A DNA stretch of 63,107 nt from an uncultured Bifidobacteriaceae bacterium (GTDB lineage: Bacteria > Verrucomicrobiota > Verrucomicrobiia > Limisphaerales > UBA11358): contig CAZUBG010000002.1 of the NCBI GenBank assembly GCA_964618545.1, positions 8,583-71,689 on the forward strand. Reading direction: 5' to 3'. Positions 8,680 to 18,070 of this stretch are shown here, in pieces. Numbering within the stretch: the first letter of the stretch is position 1; the number at the start of each line of letters is the position of its first letter. The translations under genes were made by a program, and so were the position numbers. The notes under the pieces were generated by a model, which made no database searches, was not told the origin of the DNA, and was given only the letters and a program-made list of their open reading frames with translations.

Positions 8680-11007
8680 CTACGGCCCCGCCTTTAACCG
8701 GTAAAAGCGGCGGGGAATGCCGGCGGCATTGGGATCCACGATCAGCATCGGGCCGCCCGGACTCTGGAAGGACAGGAGGGAAAACCAAGTGATCAGATTC
8801 GAGGAGTATTCAATGGTATAGGTGGTGTCCGGCGCGGAGACGAAACCGAATTGAAACGAGCCGTCGGAATTTTGTCCGGGCGCGTACAACTGCGGTCCGG
8901 CCACCGTCCCGTTGGTGGTGGTGATCACCAGCACCAACGACTGGGTGGCCGACTGGTTGGAGCTGTCGAACAGGGTGACGTTCAGACTGTGAGTCCCCGC
9001 CGTGCCGCTCAGCGCGGTGCCAAAGAGCAGGCCGTTGGTGGACAGCCCAAGGCCGGAAGGCAGGGAGCCCGTTCCCAGCTCCACTCCCCAGGAATAGGGC
9101 GGCAAACCGCCGACAAACTGGAGTTGGTTCGAGTAGGCCACACCAATCACCGCGTTCGGGAGCGAAGTGGTCACGATTTGAAGCGAGGGAGCCACCGTCA
9201 GCGAAAATGACGCCGTGACATTGGTCGGGGTCTGGTCGGTGACCTGGATGGTGAAATCAAAAGCACCGCTGTTGGTGGGGGTTCCGGAAAGAAAGCCCCC
9301 GCTGGACAAAAACAATCCGGGCGGCAGGGAATTGGACACCACCGCGCAGGAATAAGGCGGCTCGCCGCCGGAGGGACTGAACGAGAAGTTGTAACCGGCA
9401 TTGACAACCCCGGACGGAAGGGTGCCACCGGCCAGCGACAGAGGCATGGGGGGAACGGCGGTGAAGTTGACGACGGCATTGGTGGGCGGGATGGTGACGA
9501 CCGGATAATTGGTGATGGTCAAATCATACAGGGTGGACAACCCGTCATTGCCGCAACAGTTGACGCCCACGCTCCAGGTTCCCGGCACCGCGCCCAGGGA
9601 ATAATTGCCGCTGCTGTCCGTGTCCACATAGGCTTGATAGCCCGCGCCATAGACCGTGCCGGTGACATTGATTCCGACCCCGGCCAGCGCCACGCCGAAC
9701 TCGTTCTGCAGATGGCCGGAAATCTCCGCACCCGCCGGGATGACGGTGAAGTTTTGCTGGATGGCCTGGCCGGTGGCCGGAAAGCCGGGGCTGCTACTGC
9801 TGATCAAATACGACGCGGGAGGGAGCGATGAACTGTCCGGGCCCCAGTTCCATTCATTAGACCCGCCCTGGATGGCAATGCAGTAGTTGCCGTTGGCATC
9901 ACTGATCCCGCTGGCGGTGTAGAGCCCCAATTCGTCCTGGGCGGAAACGCTGAGGTTGGTGAACGGCACGCCGTTGGTATCGGCGATCCGGCCGTAAAAC
10001 AGCGCGGTGGCTTTGTACACGGTGATGTTCTGGCCGGCCACGTTTCCGCCGCTGGTGTCCACGGACAGCGAATTCTGCGGCGCCACATAGGCGCGTTCCG
10101 CCAGGTGGCCGTCGTCCACTTTGATTTTCCACACGGCCGGGGCCACGGAGGCGGAGTAATTGCCGTTGGAATCGGTGAGCGCGATGGCCCTGAGGCTGCC
10201 GGATTTGAGTTCCAACAGCACGCCTCCCAGAATGTTGCCGGAGGTGTCACTGACGTTGCCCGAGATGGCCACCGTGCCGTTGGTCGCGGAAAGAGTGTTC
10301 GTGACGGCCAGCCCGTTGCCCAGGCTGACCTGGGGCGCGAACGAGGTGTCCGCGAAACAGCCGGGGGTCAGCGCCTGTATGGAATAGGACCCGGGATTGA
10401 GGTTGATCTGATAATTGCCGTTGGCGTCCGCCTCCGTCGCGCCGGCATAAATGCTTTCCGTCCCCTCCGGCATCAACGCCACCACGAGGCTGTGGGGCAG
10501 CGGCGTCAGGCCGTTGCTGTAAACAACGCCACTGACAGATTGACCGGTGCTGGAATTCGTGATGACCAAGGCCGCTGTCACCGGGGTGAAGGCCTTGGTG
10601 GGGCTGGAAAGTTTAAAGACGTAATTCCCGACCAGGTTGCCCAGCACGCGGGGCGGGGCGAGGTTCAGGGCGGTGGTGATGGCTCCGGTCGCGGAGTTGC
10701 TGTCGAAAGGCACATTGTTGTTGGTGATGCCGCCCTCCACAAAGGCGGCGTTATCGGTGATCTTAAAGGCATCCACCAGCGGGTCGTTGGTTTGAATCAC
10801 GCCGGAGCCGGTGAGATCAAGGTAACGCTGGATTTGGACCTGGCCTCCGCTGGGAATGCCGCCAATTTGCAGGGTGACGGCGCCTGAAGAGTAGTTGCCG
10901 ATGACGGGGGGATTAATGCTGAAGGTGACCTGGGCCTGACAGGAGAAAATTGCCGACACTACAAAAACCGGCAGCAAAACAAAAAAACAGTTCAACATTT
11001 TCTTCAT
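8680..11007 (-). CDS. Secreted protein with carboxypeptidase-regulatory-like repeats, putative Ig (He_PIG) domains and C-terminal RFYR domain
   Basis: Signal peptide MKKMLNCFFVLLPVFVVSAIFSCQA. Repeated TD.NGNY motifs, GGEPPY/GGLPPY...LPPGL Ig repeats. Ends IPRRFYRLKAGP. Start moved from 11130. Confidence 0.85.
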   Translation of the reverse strand: MKKMLNCFFVLLPVFVVSAIFSCQAQVTFSINPPVIGNYSSGAVTLQIGGIPSGGQVQIQRYLDLTGSGVIQTNDPLVDAFKITDNAAFVEGGITNNNVPFDSNSATGAITTALNLAPPRVLGNLVGNYVFKLSSPTKAFTPVTAALVITNSSTGQSVSGVVYSNGLTPLPHSLVVALMPEGTESIYAGATEADANGNYQINLNPGSYSIQALTPGCFADTSFAPQVSLGNGLAVTNTLSATNGTVAISGNVSDTSGNILGGVLLELKSGSLRAIALTDSNGNYSASVAPAVWKIKVDDGHLAERAYVAPQNSLSVDTSGGNVAGQNITVYKATALFYGRIADTNGVPFTNLSVSAQDELGLYTASGISDANGNYCIAIQGGSNEWNWGPDSSSLPPASYLISSSSPGFPATGQAIQQNFTVIPAGAEISGHLQNEFGVALAGVGINVTGTVYGAGYQAYVDTDSSGNYSLGAVPGTWSVGVNCCGNDGLSTLYDLTITNYPVVTIPPTNAVVNFTAVPPMPLSLAGGTLPSGVVNAGYNFSFSPSGGEPPYSCAVVSNSLPPGLFLSSGGFLSGTPTNSGAFDFTIQVTDQTPTNVTASFSLTVAPSLQIVTTSLPNAVIGVAYSNQLQFVGGLPPYSWGVELGTGSLPSGLGLSTNGLLFGTALSGTAGTHSLNVTLFDSSNQSATQSLVLVITTTNGTVAGPQLYAPGQNSDGSFQFGFVSAPDTTYTIEYSSNLITWFSLLSFQSPGGPMLIVDPNAAGIPRRFYRLKAGP

Positions 11008-11365
11008 GATTGGCAATTTTGTGATTGAGATTAGCAGAGGGACGGGCTGCCGACAAGATTTGAGCACGGGGCGATTTTTTACGCGATCCGCTTCGGTAAG
11101 GACAAACGGGGCTGGGGGGCGGACGGCCACAGGAAATTTTTAACCGGTCCTTTGTGTGTTTAATCGTGTTTTATCGTTTTTCCCGATTGGGCTGGGGGAA
11201 TTTGACCGGTCCAGAGGTTGCCGCTGCAATGTGCCTGAATTGCATATGCAATCCGAATCCGCCGCCGATTGCCTTCGACTTTCGGCCGCATGGGCAGTCC
11301 CATGTCTCGGACACAAAGATGGCACAGCGGGGCGGACATAGCAAGTCTAACATTAACATTTTTTG

Positions 11366-11396
11366 AAAAAAAGCGCCCCGGCTTGCACCGGGGCGC
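11366..11396 (-). terminator. Intrinsic terminator after the 1063-aa gene
   Basis: Minus strand: GCGCCCCGG-tgcaag-CCGGGGCGC followed by T7. Confidence 0.8.
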
Positions 11397-11415
11397 GTGA
11401 TGGGTTCAATGAATG

Positions 11416-14400
11416 TTATTGGGCGGTGATAAAGTAGAACTGACAGGTCGCCGGGAGGTTGGTGACGCTGAACACGCCGGCGGTGCCGCCAAAGACCTCG
11501 CCGTTGACCACCTGGAAGGGGCCGGTGAGGGTGCTGGCCTGCCAGAGGGTGCTGGCCCTGGCCGGGTTGGCGGTGAATTTCAGCACGGCTTGCTTGTTGG
11601 TGACGCTGATGCCGACCCCGGTGATTGCGGCGGGCGCCTCGGTGGGCAGGCTCCAGGAGCCGCCATTATATTGCAGACCGGGCGTGGCCGCATAGGCGCT
11701 GACATAGTTCTGCGGCACGAACGCGCTGTTGAGGGTGGGGAAGCGGGACAGGGCGCTGTTGGTGGGCAGACTGGCGGCATTGTAAACCACGCGGTCCACC
11801 AAATAGCCGCTGCCATTGCGCAGATCAATCACCCCCTGTCCGGTGGTGGGCAACGAGAGACTGCCGGCGGACGCGGGAACTGAACCGACCCCGGACGGCA
11901 GCGTGGGGGAACCGGAGCCGCCGCCGCCATAAACCACAATCGCGTTGGACGAATTCAAATAAACGTCACTGCTGGCATCAAAGCTCTCCAGCGGGCTGTT
12001 GGGGTTGCCGCTGTCAATATCCCAGCCATTCGCGCCGCCCTGCATGTCATAGCTATTCGTGGCCTGGCTGGCGATTTCGACGTATTGGTCATTGGCCAAA
12101 ATGCCCTGGGTGTCAGACGGGCGGCCCAGCGGATTGAACAAGGGCGAGCTGGTGTTGGTGGTGGGATTGGCCAGGAATTCCGTGATGGCCATGTGCTGCT
12201 CATCCGGCGTGGGCACATAGACGGTCCAGGACTGGGTGTACACCGTGCCGCTGGTGCTGGCCACGACGAGACTGACCACATAGTTGGTGCCGACATCGTT
12301 GGTGGAGGGGGTGAAGTGGAAGATGGCCGTGCCGGTCAGACCATTGGTGACATTGGACCAATAAGCGTCGGCGGGCAGGCCGTCGGTCAGGGGGGTGAGG
12401 GTGACGATGCCACCGGCGGCATCGCCGATGCTGGCAAAGGTGGTGAGGGTTTCCCCCGGGGGCAAAACGCTTTCCGAGAACGTGTTGGTTTGCAAATCGC
12501 CATGGCGAACAAGGTTGGACAAATAATTGGTGATGTGGAGGTAGGAAATGACGTCCGCGTAGCGGCTGGGGGTGAATTCGTAACCGGCAACCCCGGTGTC
12601 ATCGCCATAATAACCCAGCACCCCATACATGGTGACGGGGCCGGAGGGCTTGGGCTTGCCGGGGATGTCGGTGTAATAGTTCAGATAGATGTCGAAGGTT
12701 TCGCCGGCGGCATTGGTGAAGGAGAAACCGGGCAAGGGGTCGGTCAGCACCAGATTGTTGTTGTTGGTGATGAATTCATTGTCGCCGGAACCGAAGACGG
12801 TGCCCGCCGTGAGGTTGATGTTGGAGGCCACGCAATAGACCCCCTGCAACAGGAACAACTGCGCCTCAGTGACATTGGGGTCAAACGGCAGGGCCTGGGC
12901 CGCCGGCAGGGGATTGTTGGTGCTGATCACGGTGACCTTGGTCTGGGGATTGGAATAAACCGGCTCCAATTCAAACAAGCCCGCGTACGAGGAGATGGGG
13001 GCCTGCACGGTCACCAGGGCGCCGGCGGGGGGACGGTTGGTGCTGTTGGCGCCGTCCCAGAAAATGTCAATGCCGGAGGAGGCGTCCTGCATGTAGAACT
13101 CGGTGTTGGCGGTGCCGGTCATGTTGGTCCAGGTCGTCACGATGCCGGTGATGGTGTAAATGGAGGTGGTGTTGGTGGGGTCAAAATTGTCATCCACCAT
13201 GGATTTGAGGGTGGCGATGGAGACCGATTGGATGGGATTGACGGTCAGCGTGGCCAGGGAACTGATGTTGGTGCCGGCGCGGTTGGTCACGGCGACGTAA
13301 TAAGCATTGCCCGAGAGGTTGTTGGAAATGCTGTTGAGCAGGCAGGTGGCGGCGGTGGCCCCGGCGATGCCGTTGGTCTTGAGCGTGCCGGCGCTGTTGG
13401 TGACATAGTACCACTGATACCCCGGCGGCGGCACGCCGGTGGCCGTCACGGAGAAGGTGGCGGTGTCGCCCACATTCAAGTTCTGGCTTTGCGGTTCGGC
13501 GGAAATCGCGGGCGCGACCGCCGAGGCGTATACGGTGAGTTGCGCGCTGCGGCTGGCCAGGGAGCCCGCCGCATTGCCAGCCACGCAGAAATAGGCGCCG
13601 GAAGAGGTGGTGAGGACTCCGGGCAGGGTGAGGGTGGCGTTGGTTTGATTCGGCAGCGGGTTGCTGAGACTCTGATAATACCATTGATTCGTGAAGGGAT
13701 CGCCGCCGAACAGGGAGGTGAACGAGACGGTGTCCCCGACGATGGCGCTCGGATCGTTCTGGGGTTGGGTGACGACGAACGGCGGATTGGAGCCGACGGT
13801 GGCGGGAACCACCTCACCGAACGTGGTGCCAACGAGCAGGTTGGCAATCGAGACGGGACCGATCCCTGACACATTGCGCAGCCCGAAACCGGCGGTGGAG
13901 GCGTTGGTGCCGCCCCCCAGACCCACCGCTCCGGTTGAGACGGCCACCTCGGAGGCGGCGGAATCAGATTCACTGGCCGGGGCGGTCGGACTCACCCACA
14001 GGGTGGAGATGCCCGTGGAGAGCACATAACGGACCACCACGGCGTAGGCCTGCCCCACGGCAAGATCCTGCAGAACAACATTCGTCGTGGAACTGGCGGA
14101 GCTGGAGACCCCAAGACGATAATATCCCGAAGCGGCCCCGGTGGTGGTCACGAGCACTTTGGCGCGAAAATCGTAATTGGTGTCCACCAAATAGCTGAAA
14201 TAGGCGCTGCTCGTGGTGGAGGGCGCCGCCCCCTCCGTCAGCGTATAACTGTAATACAGGGCGGCCACCGGCGCGTTGCTGGGAAAGAAGTACACCGGCT
14301 GGGGGGCACTGATGACATACCCCACGACATTGGTGGCGATGCCGTTGGTGAAATAGGTGCGCGGATAATCGGACGTGACGGAAGCGCCGCCGGACAGGAA

Positions 14401-14607
14401 CGCCGCATTGTTGGCCACCGTAACCGCCGTGCCCACTGAATCGCCCGGCCCCTCGGACCAGATTTCATCAGACACATTGGTCAGATTGCCGTTGGCGTAG
14501 TTAAAGTTATCTTGGATCAGCACATAGGCCCGCGCGCTGAAGGTCAGCAGCATGAGCAGCAGCAGACTGCCGGTTTTCGTCAGGAATGTTTTCATGGTTG
14601 GTTTCAT
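11416..14607 (-). CDS. Large secreted protein: two Ig-like domains, OB-fold-like domain, lamin-tail domain, C-terminal QFYF domain
   Basis: Signal peptide (start could be 14595). Ig motifs QP..QWYY...G.YFC. IATLKSMVD...ITGIVT...FYMQDASSGI is OB-fold-like; ITEFLANP...NDQYVEI is lamin-tail-like. Ends CQFYFITAQ. Confidence 0.85.
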   Translation of the reverse strand: MKPTMKTFLTKTGSLLLLMLLTFSARAYVLIQDNFNYANGNLTNVSDEIWSEGPGDSVGTAVTVANNAAFLSGGASVTSDYPRTYFTNGIATNVVGYVISAPQPVYFFPSNAPVAALYYSYTLTEGAAPSTTSSAYFSYLVDTNYDFRAKVLVTTTGAASGYYRLGVSSSASSTTNVVLQDLAVGQAYAVVVRYVLSTGISTLWVSPTAPASESDSAASEVAVSTGAVGLGGGTNASTAGFGLRNVSGIGPVSIANLLVGTTFGEVVPATVGSNPPFVVTQPQNDPSAIVGDTVSFTSLFGGDPFTNQWYYQSLSNPLPNQTNATLTLPGVLTTSSGAYFCVAGNAAGSLASRSAQLTVYASAVAPAISAEPQSQNLNVGDTATFSVTATGVPPPGYQWYYVTNSAGTLKTNGIAGATAATCLLNSISNNLSGNAYYVAVTNRAGTNISSLATLTVNPIQSVSIATLKSMVDDNFDPTNTTSIYTITGIVTTWTNMTGTANTEFYMQDASSGIDIFWDGANSTNRPPAGALVTVQAPISSYAGLFELEPVYSNPQTKVTVISTNNPLPAAQALPFDPNVTEAQLFLLQGVYCVASNINLTAGTVFGSGDNEFITNNNNLVLTDPLPGFSFTNAAGETFDIYLNYYTDIPGKPKPSGPVTMYGVLGYYGDDTGVAGYEFTPSRYADVISYLHITNYLSNLVRHGDLQTNTFSESVLPPGETLTTFASIGDAAGGIVTLTPLTDGLPADAYWSNVTNGLTGTAIFHFTPSTNDVGTNYVVSLVVASTSGTVYTQSWTVYVPTPDEQHMAITEFLANPTTNTSSPLFNPLGRPSDTQGILANDQYVEIASQATNSYDMQGGANGWDIDSGNPNSPLESFDASSDVYLNSSNAIVVYGGGGSGSPTLPSGVGSVPASAGSLSLPTTGQGVIDLRNGSGYLVDRVVYNAASLPTNSALSRFPTLNSAFVPQNYVSAYAATPGLQYNGGSWSLPTEAPAAITGVGISVTNKQAVLKFTANPARASTLWQASTLTGPFQVVNGEVFGGTAGVFSVTNLPATCQFYFITAQ

Positions 14608-14693
14608 GGTTTTGATTGGTTCAGGTCATTTTTTATTGAGTTATACCATTCTACACAGACTGTTCCTCCTGTCCCGTTACATTCAGGTGAACA

Positions 14694-15548
14694 TCACTGT
14701 CGGTACAGGTCCCAAATGATGTCCGGGTTGTCTATTTCATCACGCGGATCGGGAGAGGGGCTGGGGTTGATCACATACTTCCACTTGTAATAACTGGCGT
14801 GACCATCGGCGAAAGTAATGTTGCCGCCCAAATTGTGCCGTTGGGGAAAATACATCCAGCGGCAGGCCGGGAAACAGCCATTCTCAGTATTTTCCCCGCC
14901 CACCGTGGTGACATAGCCTTCCAAGGTTGGGCTGAAGGCGGCTTCGGTCATGAACACGGTGGCGGTGGGATTGTGCAGGGCGCTGAATTTCGGCTCTTTG
15001 GGATACGCCAGACTGGTGTAACCGTCGTGAATGTAGGAGGTGGCCTTGAGATCCAGGTTCATCTTGTAACAAAAGAACCCGAATTTCCCCCCCTGCAAAA
15101 AGTCGGCCTCGTTAATCGCCACGGCGGTGCTGGGGCACATCCAAATCTTGCCCAGGTTATTGCCGGGAAAGGGGTATCTGGACTGGTAACCACCGCTGTT
15201 GGCGGCATAATAGGACAACGGATGGTCCCCCTCCAGGGGCGGCAGCAAATTGAACCAGGCACAGGGGTCGTAGGGGGTGCCGGGCACGTCGGGAGTTATG
15301 ACCGCGGGATCTTCATAACACGCATAGTTTTCGCTTTCATCGGTTCCGTCACGCGGAATGTAATCACCCCCATCCGTGGCATAAACCATCAACCCCAACC
15401 CCCACTGATGCAGATTGCTCAGGCAGGCGGTGGTCTGCGCCCTGGCCCTGGCCTTGGCCAGCGCCGGCAGCAGCACGGCCGCCAGGATGGCGATGATCGC
15501 AATGACCACCAACAATTCAATCAGCGTAAAAGCCCGCAGTTTTCTCAT
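14694..15548 (-). CDS. Prepilin-type H-X9-DG protein, copy 2
   Basis: [37 protein letters not shown]; [12 protein letters not shown]. Confidence 0.92.
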   Translation of the reverse strand: MRKLRAFTLIELLVVIAIIAILAAVLLPALAKARARAQTTACLSNLHQWGLGLMVYATDGGDYIPRDGTDESENYACYEDPAVITPDVPGTPYDPCAWFNLLPPLEGDHPLSYYAANSGGYQSRYPFPGNNLGKIWMCPSTAVAINEADFLQGGKFGFFCYKMNLDLKATSYIHDGYTSLAYPKEPKFSALHNPTATVFMTEAAFSPTLEGYVTTVGGENTENGCFPACRWMYFPQRHNLGGNITFADGHASYYKWKYVINPSPSPDPRDEIDNPDIIWDLYRQ

Positions 15549-15715
15549 CTTATCGTTGTAAGACAAATGCGCTGAATGGATCCTTATTATTGCATCGCAG
15601 ACCGGCATTGATAACACCCTTTCAAATCATCACCGCCAGCCCCCCGCCGCAACCACCATTGGCTGGCTAGGATTAAACATTTACACCTCCGGGATGCCGC
15701 TTCAATGGCAGTCTG

Positions 15716-15732
15716 GTTACATTTCCGTGACA
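15716..15732 (-). promoter_or_regulatory. Pho-box-like direct repeat upstream of prepilin copy 2
   Basis: Sense strand TGTCAC-ggaaa-TGTAAC, 11-bp period. Confidence 0.55.
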
Positions 15733-15857
15733 AGTTTATTGGGTGGTGATAGGGAAGCTTTCATGCACTTCGTTCCCCATCAAGGATGAAAACACCCAGC
15801 CGTTTCTGGCAGGCCGACGCCGGGTCCGGGGACCCGGCCTACAGGTTGGCGCCCCTC

Positions 15858-15903
15858 GCCCGGCGTGAAAAGCCGGGCGATTGTCAGGCCGTCGCTCCGC
15901 GAC
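15858..15903 (-). repeat. REP-like element, family shared with 47375-47446
   Basis: Minus strand GTCGCGGAGCGACggccTGACaATcGCCCGGCtTTTCA-CGCCGGGC versus plus strand at 47375 GTCGCGGAGCGACcgaaTGACcATaGCCCGGCgTTTCAaCGCCGGGC. Confidence 0.75.
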
Positions 15904-15967
15904 TGCGGCGAGCTCGCGGAGTGACGCTTGAACCCGGCCACGAACATTGCATGCCGGCCGGCCGGAA

Positions 15968-16759
15968 TCACCCGCCACCAACTTGCATGAATTGGGCAAT
16001 GCAGGCGGACAGTTCCTCCGGACATTCCAAGGGGAGGAAGTGCCCGCCCTCCAGCGTGACGGCTTGGGCGGCCCCCAGGAAGGGCAGCATTTTTTCCGTT
16101 TGATAGGCTGTGTGGTAGATCGGATCATGCCGGCCGGTCACCAACAGCGTCGGCAGCTCCAGCAGGCCAATGGTGGATTCCAGCGAGGTCCACACGGACA
16201 TTTCCCCGGTGGCCACCAGCACGTCGTGCGGAGTTTCCGCAATGAACTGGCAGTAATCCTTCACGATCTCATCCGGGGCGGCGGGGCCAAACCACGGCCG
16301 GAAGACGCGCTGATTGTTCCGCCAATCGCCGGCTTGACGGCAAATCAGCAGGCCGGCGTCACGGTCAAACGCCACCCCCGCCGGGGCGACGGGGGCCACA
16401 AGGATTTGCGCCGGAATTCTATCCGGATGTTTCGCGGCCAGACAGCACGCCAGCTTGCCGCCGAAACTGAAACCCACCGGCACAAACCTGGCTGCGCCCG
16501 CCTCATCGGCCACCGCCAGCACGTCCGCCGCAAAAGTGTCCCAATCGTAACCGTCCGCCGGATGGTCCGACCGGCCATGACCGCGCAGGTCAGGAATCAG
16601 CACCCGAAAACGCTTTCCATCCAGGTGTGGCAGCACCGCGTTCCAAGTCGCCCCCGTGCCGCCCCAGCCATGGAGCAACAGCAAGGTCACCGGGCCGGAC
16701 CCATGCGTTTCGTAATAAATCTCCACCCCGCTTCGGGTCTTCGCCCTTCCTCCTTTCAT
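15968..16759 (-). CDS. Alpha/beta fold hydrolase
   Basis: LLLLHGWGG oxyanion motif, DLRGHGRS, nucleophile elbow GFSFGG, catalytic His in GGHFLP. Start moved to ATG 16759. Confidence 0.9.
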   Translation of the reverse strand: MKGGRAKTRSGVEIYYETHGSGPVTLLLLHGWGGTGATWNAVLPHLDGKRFRVLIPDLRGHGRSDHPADGYDWDTFAADVLAVADEAGAARFVPVGFSFGGKLACCLAAKHPDRIPAQILVAPVAPAGVAFDRDAGLLICRQAGDWRNNQRVFRPWFGPAAPDEIVKDYCQFIAETPHDVLVATGEMSVWTSLESTIGLLELPTLLVTGRHDPIYHTAYQTEKMLPFLGAAQAVTLEGGHFLPLECPEELSACIAQFMQVGGG

Positions 16760-16784
16760 AACGCATAATTCATGATTCCCCCAC

Positions 16785-17855
16785 TCACGCCCTTCGCAAT
16801 TCCCAAGCCAGGCGCTGGGCCTCCACCCGGCTTTGCACCCGCAGCTTGACGAAAAGATGTTCGATGTGCTTTTCCGTGGTGCGGCGGCCAATGCCCAGCA
16901 GCGTGGTGATTTCCAAGTTGGTTTTGGCCTCGGAGATCCAGTGCAGGATTTCCGCCTCGCGGCCGGTCAACTCATAACGCGCCGCCATCGGGGCGTTGAG
17001 CTTGGTCCGCTCGCGCACGAGGGTGAGCGTGAAGGAACCATCCCCGGCCCGCCCCCAATGCACCACGAAACGATACCCGGACGGGGAGGACACACAGAAT
17101 TCCGAAGCCGAAAAGCCACGGGGCAGGACCGCCTGGGCGGCATGGTCCAGGGCCGTTTTCAGGGCCGGGGGCAGGTGGGCGGCCGGCTCCGTCCGGCCCG
17201 GATGAAACTCAGCGAGCCATTCGCACGCCAAGGCGCTCTGCCAGCGGATGCGGCCGTCCGGCTCCGCCGCCAGCACCGCCCGGCGCATCGCCTGGAAGCC
17301 CTCGCCGATGGCCGCCAGACTGCGGGCGGCCGCCGCCGCCTTGCGGGCGCACTCCTGTGCGGACGCCAGGTGGGGCGCGATGAAGGCGAGCACGGCGCGG
17401 TCCCGCTCCGAGAAATCCCGATCCGAGCGGTTGAAAGACAATCCCGTCCGCCGCGCCGCGCGTTGATTCGGGAAGGATACCAACTGATGCCGCATTTGCA
17501 GATGCCGGTAGTATTCCTGGTAAAAGGCCGTCTCCCTCAATTGCCGCACCGTGACGACGTCCGAGATTTTGACCGGGACCGTCTGGTCGCCCTCCCACAT
17601 TTTGAACAAGGGATGCGAGCAGAACACGGCCTTGAACCGGTGGTAAATGGAGCGGACGTCAGGCCGGTCCGGGTGCGTGTGGATGACAAAGCGGCCCTGA
17701 TGGAGGTCAATCTCGTTGTAGGCAACATAATCGGCGGGCACCAAGCGTGCCAGCACCGACAGCAAACCTTGGGAAAGCGGCCCCGCCGCCGCGCCGTGAT
17801 AAACCTCCTGCACCGCGCGCGAACACGCCGCCCAATCATGATGCGAGAGCCGCAT
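16785..17855 (-). CDS. LuxR/CsgD-type C-terminal HTH transcriptional regulator
   Basis: C-terminal LTGREAEILHWISEAKTNLEITTLLGIGRRTTEKHIEHLFVKL; N-terminal GAF-like sensory region. Confidence 0.9.
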   Translation of the reverse strand: MRLSHHDWAACSRAVQEVYHGAAAGPLSQGLLSVLARLVPADYVAYNEIDLHQGRFVIHTHPDRPDVRSIYHRFKAVFCSHPLFKMWEGDQTVPVKISDVVTVRQLRETAFYQEYYRHLQMRHQLVSFPNQRAARRTGLSFNRSDRDFSERDRAVLAFIAPHLASAQECARKAAAAARSLAAIGEGFQAMRRAVLAAEPDGRIRWQSALACEWLAEFHPGRTEPAAHLPPALKTALDHAAQAVLPRGFSASEFCVSSPSGYRFVVHWGRAGDGSFTLTLVRERTKLNAPMAARYELTGREAEILHWISEAKTNLEITTLLGIGRRTTEKHIEHLFVKLRVQSRVEAQRLAWELRRA

Positions 17856-17947
17856 GTTGATTCCGGGCCGCCTTCTGCCGGCCGCCCAGGCCGCAGCATT
17901 AGCGTCGTCTATAGGCTACATAACTGCTTATGGATTGCAAGGAAAAA

Positions 17948-17965
17948 ATGCGTATGGATACGCAT
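17948..17965. promoter_or_regulatory. Perfect 18-bp palindrome in the divergent luxR/lipoprotein promoter region
   Basis: ATGCGTAT-gg-ATACGCAT. Confidence 0.5.
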
Positions 17966-18070
17966 GGGCGGGGCGGGCGCTCCTTGGTAGGGTTTGATGT
18001 TGCGTCAGGAATATCATGGATCAGGGTCGAAAAATAGCGCCGTTTTGACGATCTGCGGGATCATTTTATT

